Below, piece by piece: positions 56,380 to 64,000 of a DNA stretch of 64,000 nt (position 1 is its first letter; each line of letters starts with the position of its first letter). This DNA comes from Polyangiaceae bacterium. GTDB lineage: Bacteria; Myxococcota_A; Polyangia; Polyangiales; Polyangiaceae. Below the pieces are notes generated by a model, which searched no databases, was not told the origin of the DNA, and was given only the letters and a program-made list of their open reading frames with translations. Made by a program: the position numbers and the translations under genes. The DNA lies in assembly GCA_033763455.1 (NCBI GenBank), contig JANRKO010000033.1, positions 128,001 to 192,000 of the forward strand. The letters are read 5' to 3'.

Positions 56380-57075
56380 ATGACTCCCTGGTGCCACTGT
56401 GCCGCCCTAGGCCTGCTCTTGGTCTGCACTCTCCCAAGTTGCGCCCGAAGCTCTCCTCCCCAGGCGGGACCAAAGACATTCATTTCCAAGAGCGAGAGCG
56501 GGAGCCCGTCGCTTCAAGCTAGCCTTCCGCGAGCTATGAGCGCCACTCCTGCGCCTTCAGCCCCTGCGGACTCCGCGGCTGCCTCAGCACGCACGCAGCT
56601 CAACACCACACCAGCCACGCCTCCGTCAGCTCCAGGCACCACACCGTCCACTAGCCCGGCAGCCTCGACACCTTCCTCAACCTCGAACCCTGGTGAGAAC
56701 ACCGCACCAGTCCCTGCGCGAGCGTTGCCCAAGCTCGAACTCAAAGCCGTAGGCCTACATGTTGGAGGTGGGCCGAATGATGCGGCCACGCATCACGCCT
56801 TCGGAGCGCCCATAGCCCTGCAATTTTCGGAATTCATGCGATGTTATCGTTCGGTAGAGAACCCCAAGGCCTTAGCAATATTTGGCGTTGACCTGCTGGT
56901 GCCTTCCGATGAAGGGCGTGCGAGTGTCAGAAAAATTAGAACATCACTTAGGGGCAAGGAGTTTCAAGTTTGCATGCAAGGTGCGCTCGAATTGGTCCGA
57001 TTCAAAAACCCCTTAAAGAAGCCAACAACCGTGAGCTATTCCGTTCGTTTCGCGCTCCTCGGGCTAGAACGCTGA
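56380..57075 (+). CDS. lipoprotein with Pro/Ser/Thr linker and AgmX/TonB-C-like domain
   Basis: Lipobox LPS-C; GLHVGGGPND, RCY, C....L..V.F..P....TVSYSV.F; start at ATG 56380. Confidence 0.6.
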   Translation: MTPWCHCAALGLLLVCTLPSCARSSPPQAGPKTFISKSESGSPSLQASLPRAMSATPAPSAPADSAAASARTQLNTTPATPPSAPGTTPSTSPAASTPSSTSNPGENTAPVPARALPKLELKAVGLHVGGGPNDAATHHAFGAPIALQFSEFMRCYRSVENPKALAIFGVDLLVPSDEGRASVRKIRTSLRGKEFQVCMQGALELVRFKNPLKKPTTVSYSVRFALLGLER

Positions 57076-57120
57076 GTCGCCCAGCGACGAACACGCCCCA
57101 AGCTTTGCTTGCCACTCGCT

Positions 57121-58533
57121 TCAGCGTCTGTCAGGCAAAGTGGGGAGCAGATCCGGAAGGCCTTGAAGCCACTTCAGGTCTTTGGTCGTTGGCAAGCGAA
57201 GGCCCTCGGCACCCTTCATGAGCTCACTTCCCGGGTCGAGACCGGCCGGTGCCTTCAGCCCGCAACCGATGCCCACGGTAAGGCGTGGAGATTGGGAGCT
57301 GAGCGCTGAGAGCTTGCTCTCTAACGACAGCTCGATCTGAACGCTGCCGTTAACCCATCGACTCGCAGGCTTGGACACCATGTTGCCGAACCAAGCGCCA
57401 AGCTCAGAGCGCAGGATCGCTTGAGTCAGCTCCTGGCAAGAGAGTGAACCTCGCAGGCGCCCAATCAACTGGGCTTCCTCCCCGGAGCCCGAAGAATTCG
57501 CCGTTCCCCCTGAAAGATGCTGAACCGTGGCCGTGCCAGCCAGAAGAAGAGGCCCCGCGTTCACTGAAATTCGACTCAAATGGAGCGTTTCGTAGTTCGC
57601 ATCGAGCGCCCAGGGCGAGCGGACAGAGACGGTGCTTCCCAAGGACCCCAATCCGAAAGTTCCGGGAAGGTTGGTTCGTATCCCATCCACTACCAACTCC
57701 AAATCACCGATTGGGGTACTGCCCGAGCCGCGCAGTTGCTTGGCATGCAGCGACCCTTTCAAGTTCACGCCTGAGCTCGCACCACCGAATAAAAATGCTT
57801 CCGATACCTGCGAGAACTGCACATCCGCGGTCACCTCCTCAGGCGTTACATTCACGGCAACATCGAAGGCACCCACATTTCGGTCCCGGACGCGTTGAAG
57901 ACGCCACTCGGATTCAGTGGCCGTGGCCGTAAAGGATCCGCGATTTACACCCCACAACCACACTTCCGGCAGGTTTAGCACCGTGGCAGTGGCTTGCCGC
58001 TCGAACGAGAAATCCCGAAGCAAGAGCCAAGGCCGTTCGCTGGTGGGTTCGGCCAGGCTGATGGTTATGTGCTCGCCTTCCATCAGCACATCCTGCTTGG
58101 GCCCCGGATCGCCGCCACCTGCAGGCTGGTCGAAACGGGCGCGCAGATCTCCGCGGCTGAAGCGCCCCGAAGCCTCGACGTGCTCCAAACGAATCTTCTG
58201 CAGCTGCAAGCCTTCAAACTCGAATCGCAGCCTCCCAATCGTACCATCCACCCTTACCGGACCCAGCGTCCTGAACCTGGTATGTTCCAAGGCAAGGTAG
58301 AAGAAGCCAGCCTTGAGCTCACCCGGCCACAACTCAACGCCTCGCTCGGCCGCCCGGGTTTGGAGCTCGTTGAGAATATAGGTTCGTGCGGTAAAGAGTC
58401 CCAGGCCCACGAGCCCCGCCAGCAACGCCATGCCCAACACAACGCGCACGAGCGTGCGAGGCTTGGCAGCATCCGGTCCCCTGGCGGCAGGAAGCGACTT
58501 CTGGTCGGCGTCGCCCTTAGGACTCTCTTTCAT
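57121..58533 (-). CDS. hypothetical membrane-anchored beta-rich protein (possibly AsmA-like)
   Basis: Single N-terminal TM helix followed by long beta-strand-rich sequence; start at ATG 58533. Confidence 0.55.
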   Translation of the reverse strand: MKESPKGDADQKSLPAARGPDAAKPRTLVRVVLGMALLAGLVGLGLFTARTYILNELQTRAAERGVELWPGELKAGFFYLALEHTRFRTLGPVRVDGTIGRLRFEFEGLQLQKIRLEHVEASGRFSRGDLRARFDQPAGGGDPGPKQDVLMEGEHITISLAEPTSERPWLLLRDFSFERQATATVLNLPEVWLWGVNRGSFTATATESEWRLQRVRDRNVGAFDVAVNVTPEEVTADVQFSQVSEAFLFGGASSGVNLKGSLHAKQLRGSGSTPIGDLELVVDGIRTNLPGTFGLGSLGSTVSVRSPWALDANYETLHLSRISVNAGPLLLAGTATVQHLSGGTANSSGSGEEAQLIGRLRGSLSCQELTQAILRSELGAWFGNMVSKPASRWVNGSVQIELSLESKLSALSSQSPRLTVGIGCGLKAPAGLDPGSELMKGAEGLRLPTTKDLKWLQGLPDLLPTLPDRR

Positions 58534-58615
58534 GGTGCGACCCTCATCCAAAAGTTCTAGCCCCTCCCCAGCTCACGCTCAACAAGGGGCACTTTCCGGT
58601 GCTATAGGCCAAACT

Positions 58616-59086
58616 ATGCCTCCTACGTATCTCACCCCCGATGGCGCGAAGACTCTTTCCGCCGAGCTCAAGCAATTGCTCTACGTCGACCGAGCAAAGG
58701 TAGTGCAAGAGGTGTCGGATGCCGCAGCCATGGGCGATCGCTCGGAGAACGCGGAGTATATCTATGGGAAGAAGCGCTTGCGCGAGATCGACCGCCGCAT
58801 TCGTTTCATTACCAAGCGCTTAGAGAATGCCGTCGTGGTGAACCAAGAGGAGCGCCGCACCGATATCGTGGCGTTTGGCGCCAAGGTGCGCGTGCGGGAT
58901 GAGAACGGCAAAGAGAGCAGCTACCAAATTGTCGGGCCCGATGAGGCCAACCCCACGGAGCGCCGCATCAGCTTTCATGCCCCCCTCGGCAAAGCTCTCA
59001 TGAAAAAGAAGGTGGGCGAATTTGTAACGGTGATGCGCCCGGTGGGGGAGATCGAACTCGAGATCTTGGCGATCGAGTATTCTTAG
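58616..59086 (+). CDS. greB: transcription elongation factor GreB
   Basis: YLTPDG, AAAMGDRSENAEYIYGKKRLREIDRRIRF, FGA.V, IVGPDE, IS..APLGKAL. Confidence 0.96.
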   Translation: MPPTYLTPDGAKTLSAELKQLLYVDRAKVVQEVSDAAAMGDRSENAEYIYGKKRLREIDRRIRFITKRLENAVVVNQEERRTDIVAFGAKVRVRDENGKESSYQIVGPDEANPTERRISFHAPLGKALMKKKVGEFVTVMRPVGEIELEILAIEYS

Positions 59087-59122
59087 CAACCCACGGCCGA
59101 TGGCCACCCCAGGCGCGCCAGC

Positions 59123-60484
59123 TTAGCCGAGATTCAGGGGCCCCGTGATCGACGCCGGGTCACCGAAGGTTGTGAGCGGCACACCCATCAGGTTGGCAAG
59201 ATTGAGCAAGAGGTCGGAGCGGGCCCTGCCATTGGCGTTAAAGGTGCGTCCCGTTCTAAGTTGGCCCCCCGCCTTGCCCGCTAGCAACACCGGCACGGGG
59301 CGGTTAAGGTGTATTGATCCATCGCCCATTTCAGAGGTCAAAAGCACCAAGCAGTTATCAAGCATGCTGCCGCCGCCTTCGGGCGTGTCCTTGAGGCGCT
59401 TCACAACCACGGCGAGCTGCGCAAGGAGCCAGTTCTGCGCGGCCACGAAATCTGGCCCCGGCGAGTGCTGCATGGGATGATGCCCTAGGTTATTCAAACC
59501 GATCCAGCTGAACAACAGCTCGGCACCGGTGTTGAACATCTGCATGGTAGCCACGCGAGTGGCATCGCAATTGATGGATTGGTAAAGGAGTTCGTTCATG
59601 GCGGCCGTCACCGCCGGGACATCAGTACCTGATCCCAGCGTGGGAGCGCCGCAGGAAGCGCCCGGTGCGGACACAACCCCTCCACCGGTGCCACCGGGAG
59701 CGTTCATGATCTGCTTCTCAAGCTCGCGCAGCGTATTCAAGTGCTCATCCAGCCTCAGCTTCTCGGCGGACCCGACGAGGCCCTGAATGCTGGTCACCTG
59801 ACCCTTCAGGAGATCTAAGATGCTCTGACGCTGGGCGTTGAGCGCCTGCAGCTTGGCCGTAGCGGCCGGATCCGTAGGAGCAGGGCCCACGGGCGCATTA
59901 CCGAAGAGCCGCGTAAACATCGTCGCCGGGTCCATCACTGGCGGGAGGACGGCGCCATTGGAGTATGTGATCGCTCCGGTATGCCTGCCGTTGCAATCCG
60001 CAGTATCCGAGTAGACGCCGAATTGGAGCGAGGAAAATCGAGTATTGGCTCCAACGCTCTGGGCGATAGCCTGATCGATCGAGGCCATGCCTTGGGGAAT
60101 GAATCCACCCTCCTCCATCATGCCTCGACCGTCCCCGGTGAGCATGGTGCGCTCGCCACCGTGCCCGGGATCACTACCATCCGGTAAGGCTGCATCAATG
60201 ATGTTATTGAATAGTAAGATATCTGAACTCAGCGGTGCCAGTGGCGCCAGCATCTTGTCGTAGGTCCACATCCCCTCGGTGCCGTTGGTCATCATCGCGC
60301 CACCAGGGAAGTAAAGAACGATGAAACGCAGGGGGGCCGCTTGAGCCTCTGCCAACGTCGCTCGGAACACTGGGGCGGCAAGGAAGCTGGCTCCACCCAG
60401 ACCCTTGAGGAGTGATCGGCGCTTAATGAGGGCTTTCGACATAGATCCGGCTCTTCTGGATAAGGTGACAGGTTGGTTGCTCAT
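59123..60484 (-). CDS. DUF1552 (HXXSHH) family Tat-exported protein
   Basis: KRRSLLKGLG, SIDQAIA, DP..MF.RLFG, SILD, RLDEHL..LRELEK, CDATRV, HHPMQH, SMLDN, SEMGDG..H; start 60484 (ATGA overlap) or 60442. Confidence 0.9.
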   Translation of the reverse strand: MSNQPVTLSRRAGSMSKALIKRRSLLKGLGGASFLAAPVFRATLAEAQAAPLRFIVLYFPGGAMMTNGTEGMWTYDKMLAPLAPLSSDILLFNNIIDAALPDGSDPGHGGERTMLTGDGRGMMEEGGFIPQGMASIDQAIAQSVGANTRFSSLQFGVYSDTADCNGRHTGAITYSNGAVLPPVMDPATMFTRLFGNAPVGPAPTDPAATAKLQALNAQRQSILDLLKGQVTSIQGLVGSAEKLRLDEHLNTLRELEKQIMNAPGGTGGGVVSAPGASCGAPTLGSGTDVPAVTAAMNELLYQSINCDATRVATMQMFNTGAELLFSWIGLNNLGHHPMQHSPGPDFVAAQNWLLAQLAVVVKRLKDTPEGGGSMLDNCLVLLTSEMGDGSIHLNRPVPVLLAGKAGGQLRTGRTFNANGRARSDLLLNLANLMGVPLTTFGDPASITGPLNLG

Positions 60485-62232
60485 GGCACGAAGGTCCTCG
60501 TCGTAAAGCTCGCCGATTGGGTGAGTGCAACCAGCAGCTCCCGCACATCCATCCCCGACACTCCAAGTTTCATGTCGAGCGTTGCGGCAAGCTGTGTATC
60601 TGTTGCTATTTCCTTTCGCCCGTAGGCAAAGCGCGCCGCATTGATCGCTGCGCACTGCCGGACGGATGCGCTCATGGCAAGGCGGCTGGCCAACTCAACG
60701 CCACCCGTGAACTTCCCGTCGACGTCCGTGCCGGTCAAATCACCACTCGCATCTACCGCGAGACCATTCTCCGAAGTTCGGTAGGCACCTATCCCGTCGT
60801 ACACTTCCAGCCCAAACCCGATGGGATCCATCAGGCTGTGGCAACCCGAGCAGGCTGCGTCCGCGGAATGCGCGGCGAAGCGTTCACGCGTCGTCAGGTT
60901 TGGATTCGACGGGGGAGGATCGATCTTTACGTTCGGGGGCGGTGGAGGCAGCGCCTGGCAAAACATCCGCGTACGGACAAACTTGCCACGACCTACTGGG
61001 TCAGACTCATTCTCCTTGGCTTGCACCGCTAAAAGCGAGGGCAGGGTGAGCATGCCGCTTCGCCCCATGGCACTCACGTCCACCTGAACCAAAGTGTCCC
61101 CCTGACCTGGATCCGGAACTCCGTACACTGACGCTAAGCTGCTGTTCACGAAGGCAAAGGGCGCCGATAGCAGCGTCTTTACCGTGCCGTCCCCCTCCCA
61201 CACCACTGACTCTATGAAGCGGTCTGTAGACGCCCCCATCGCTGCTTTCTGGGTTTTCTCGAAGTCGGGAAACAGCCCCGGATCCTTCACCAGCTGCGGC
61301 AGAGTAGACACCATGAACCACTGCTCTAGAAACTTTCCAACGCTTTGCCGCGCACGCGGTAAACCAAGCAAGCGCCGCGCCTGGGCTTCTATTTGCGCTG
61401 GAGTACTCAATGAATTGGTGTCGGCTGCCTCCATCAGCGCCGCATCCGGCATGGAGCCTAGAAATAGGTAAGAGAGCTCGGATGCAACTTCGTACGGGGT
61501 GAGCGTGCGCTCTGCCGCACCAGCGCCATATTCCATGCGATAGAGGAGCGCCGGTGATTGGAGCATCGCCTCCAACAAGCGCCGAATTCCAATCTCATAC
61601 GTATCCGTGGTGCGCGTAAGATCGTACACCACTCGATAAGCAGCGTGTTCTTGGGCCGTGACCGGCTGGCGGTGCACCTGCTTGCCGAATCGGTCGATAA
61701 AAGCATCGGCGCACTCAGCCTCCATGGCGGGAGCAGCGCAGGGAGCCAACGCTGAGATGTCAGCTTCCGCTGCTAACCGAACCGCCATCGTGGCATATTG
61801 CGAACCCAGAACCGGCGGAACCGTGAGCACCTCGCTAAAGTTCTCGTAGCCGAGCTGGCGAGACTCCGGGATCAAGGGGTCCGCAGGCGGCGCGGCTAGC
61901 CCCAGTAGATCCTGGACCGTCGCCCGATATTCGTCGTTCGACAGGCGGCGCAACGCTGTCGGCCCAGGTGAACCCGCCGGGATGATGACGGCTGGCTGCG
62001 CACCAGTGCCAGGAGTAGCTCCACCTGTGTTCCCCGCTCCACCTGTGCCGAGAGCTCCAGAGCCACCCGAACCGGGGGTACCATTGGTACCATCCGGTGT
62101 CATGCTGCTGTTCGTCGGCGGCCGTCGTGAGTTAGGCGAGCCTGCTTCGGCAGTGCAGGCGAGGCAAAGGCCAAGCGAAAACAACGTACGGGTTGCCAAT
62201 AGAGAGCACGCACGAACACGCGGCATATTCAT
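60481..62232 (-). CDS. DUF1587/1595/1592/1588/1585 multidomain protein with CxxCH
   Basis: LRRLSNDEY..TV.DLLG, LQSP..LYR, E.AS.LSY....MPD, RSGMLT, PV.RGKFVR, TTRERF..H....CSGCH..MDPIGFG.E.YDGIG. Confidence 0.92.
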   Translation of the reverse strand: MNMPRVRACSLLATRTLFSLGLCLACTAEAGSPNSRRPPTNSSMTPDGTNGTPGSGGSGALGTGGAGNTGGATPGTGAQPAVIIPAGSPGPTALRRLSNDEYRATVQDLLGLAAPPADPLIPESRQLGYENFSEVLTVPPVLGSQYATMAVRLAAEADISALAPCAAPAMEAECADAFIDRFGKQVHRQPVTAQEHAAYRVVYDLTRTTDTYEIGIRRLLEAMLQSPALLYRMEYGAGAAERTLTPYEVASELSYLFLGSMPDAALMEAADTNSLSTPAQIEAQARRLLGLPRARQSVGKFLEQWFMVSTLPQLVKDPGLFPDFEKTQKAAMGASTDRFIESVVWEGDGTVKTLLSAPFAFVNSSLASVYGVPDPGQGDTLVQVDVSAMGRSGMLTLPSLLAVQAKENESDPVGRGKFVRTRMFCQALPPPPPNVKIDPPPSNPNLTTRERFAAHSADAACSGCHSLMDPIGFGLEVYDGIGAYRTSENGLAVDASGDLTGTDVDGKFTGGVELASRLAMSASVRQCAAINAARFAYGRKEIATDTQLAATLDMKLGVSGMDVRELLVALTQSASFTTRTFVP

Positions 62233-62499
62233 TGCCGAAGAATAGCTGTCACCAACTGGACTGGGGCGTCAAATGGATCAGAATTCTAGCACCAAATCCC
62301 CGCAAACCGATGCACCCACTGAAAACTCACAGTGTGTTCGCAATAGCACAACCACGACGCTCCCCAAGCCACATACTCAGGCTCTCGCTTTCCGGATCAC
62401 ACCCCGACGATTTGGCGCTCGCCAGGCCAAGCGGGGGCCGGGATACCGCTACGTTCGTTGCGATTCTCCGAAGCAGCAGAGTACGCCCCACCGAAAGCA

Positions 62500-63642
62500 C
62501 TAGCTATTTTTGGCTTTGAACAGCTCACGGTGGGTTTCCAGCAAGAGCTCAGCGAGGGGCACATTTTCCGGAACTTTGGATAAATCTAGCTTGGCGACGT
62601 TTTCGGGAGTGGCAAAGGCGCCACCGAACCAGTCGTTGTTGCTGAACATGTTGTAGCGGTACTCACCGAAGGCGCGCATATCGTAACACTTGAGGAGGCG
62701 CCGAAAGCGCAGCACCTCTTGGATGTTAATGCCAGAGGGATCGCCATCGAGTTCGTAGCCCAGGTAGCGCGAATAGGGGTCCACATCTAGGCGTGCATCA
62801 AGGCGGCTCAGTATCTGGGAATCTTGCGGAGAAAGCGGAGTTTGCACAGGAAAGATGCCTAACATTTCCTCGAAGTGTTGCGGCTTATGCATCCCGAAGC
62901 TCAAGGTATGTACAAGCGGTGATTGCAGGCAAAACCTAGCATTAAATTGTATCGGGGTGAGCGGCGCCGTGAGTTGGCTCAAGAGTGCAGAAGGGTTAAA
63001 AAGGTTCCCACCCTTATCATTCGGAGAAATGATGAAGACGCCCATATCGCGCGCGGCCGCGAGCTGAATGGCACCCCAATTGCGCTGCCAAAAATAGTAC
63101 CAATGCAGGTTTACGAAGTCGAAGAGATCCGTAGATATCGCATCGCAAATGGTCTTGTAGTCCCCATGCGTGCTGAACCCTACACTGCCAATGACTCCGT
63201 CTTCTTGGTAGCGCTTGAGCACATCAATGGGGCCACCTTTCACCAGGATGTCGCGGAGGGTGCCGGGCGAATTGATCCCGTGCCAACCGTAGAGGTCGAT
63301 ATGGTCCATTTGGAGCCCAGCTAGTTGCTCTTCAATGGCGCGCTTGGTGTCCTCGCCTGTACGCGGGCCACCTTTGGTCATGAAAAAATAGCTAGAGCGT
63401 GGGATCTTGAGTTCTTGGTTCAGAGCTCGCCCGTAGCAGTGCTCACTCTTTCCGTATCCTTGCGCCGTTTCGATATGATTGATGCCGGCGGCGAACGCGC
63501 GCTGGATAGAATCGCAGCATTCCTCCAACATATCCGCGGGCACTTCATTGCGCGGTTGTTCCCAGCCGTGCGGGAACCGCATGCCCCCCAGTGTGATCAC
63601 ACTCAGGGCAAGATTGGTTCGACCAAAACGTCGATATTGCAT
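62500..63642 (-). CDS. aldo/keto reductase
   Basis: MQYRRFGRT.L.LS.I.LGGMR, GINHIETAQGYG.SE, HIDLY..HG, GFSTHG, ISPNDKGG; start at ATG 63642. Confidence 0.9.
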   Translation of the reverse strand: MQYRRFGRTNLALSVITLGGMRFPHGWEQPRNEVPADMLEECCDSIQRAFAAGINHIETAQGYGKSEHCYGRALNQELKIPRSSYFFMTKGGPRTGEDTKRAIEEQLAGLQMDHIDLYGWHGINSPGTLRDILVKGGPIDVLKRYQEDGVIGSVGFSTHGDYKTICDAISTDLFDFVNLHWYYFWQRNWGAIQLAAARDMGVFIISPNDKGGNLFNPSALLSQLTAPLTPIQFNARFCLQSPLVHTLSFGMHKPQHFEEMLGIFPVQTPLSPQDSQILSRLDARLDVDPYSRYLGYELDGDPSGINIQEVLRFRRLLKCYDMRAFGEYRYNMFSNNDWFGGAFATPENVAKLDLSKVPENVPLAELLLETHRELFKAKNS

Positions 63643-63895
63643 GGGGGCACGCTCCCCACGCCTTAATACGGAAGCACTCGAAGCGATGGACATCGCAGAA
63701 AGAGTGCACGCCCCTTCCTTCCACCGCAAGCCACACGCCCAAGGCTCAGACGCATATTCGCATGCTACACGCCCGGGCACATGTTGCCCACGCCCTTGCC
63801 TTGGTGTTAGCGCTTGCGTTCGCGTACTCGTGGTAGGCCTCGACGCCATACGCACACGATGGAGGCCTACTGCACCGAAGATGTGGAGGGTGCGG

Positions 63896-63963
63896 AGGCA
63901 CACGCGGGCGGACAGGCGCACGCAGGCGGACAGGCACACGCGGGCGGACAGGCGCACGCAGGC
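63896..63963. repeat. 18-bp tandem repeat, about 3.8 copies in ABAB order
   Basis: aggcacacgcgggcggac / aggcgcacgcaggcggac / aggcacacgcgggcggac / aggcgcacgcaggc. Confidence 0.9.
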
Positions 63964-64000
63964 AGGCGAGAAACGAAGCCATTTCGCAGAGCGATGAGAT

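Noticed and set aside
63643..63957. N-terminal extension of the aldo/keto reductase ORF
   Set aside because: Family homology begins at MQYRRFGRT (63642); the extension is the tandem repeat read in an open frame
63896..63963. CRISPR array
   Set aside because: Repeats are contiguous with no unique spacers, and there are no cas genes in the window

Overview
Gene-dense 64 kb chromosomal window of roughly 60% GC. The gene content points to a myxobacterium, probably Polyangia/Sorangiineae-like (inference): eukaryote-like Ser/Thr kinases, a three-bactofilin operon, an ECF sigma/FecR cassette, DUF1552/DUF1592 pairs and many Pro/Gly-rich lipoproteins. About 59 CDSs are supported, including housekeeping genes (glgC, glmS, gpmA, pyrE, trxA, bfr/bfd, ndh, gluQ, greB, fdhD plus an FdhF/YdeP oxidoreductase). 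I found no rRNA, tRNA, CRISPR array, integrase or transposase. The best candidate for an undescribed system is a same-strand cluster at 37134-42151. There, an archaeal/eukaryotic release factor-like protein (aeRF1/baeRF/Balon-like, zinc ribbon, no GGQ) abuts a bacterial voltage-gated cation channel (filter TVEGW), followed by DUF4112, a site-2 protease with CBS domains and TerC. Other oddities: two short tandem duplications that separate convergent stop codons and differ only at synonymous sites, an orphan IrrE/ImmA homologue lacking both zinc histidines, several degenerate enzymes (DEPE helicase, Cys-less aldo/keto reductase tail, half-dead ABC-F), an actinobacterial-type glgC directly upstream of glmS, and a structured GNRA-hairpin element after trxA. 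All family calls are from motif recognition by eye; no searches were run.
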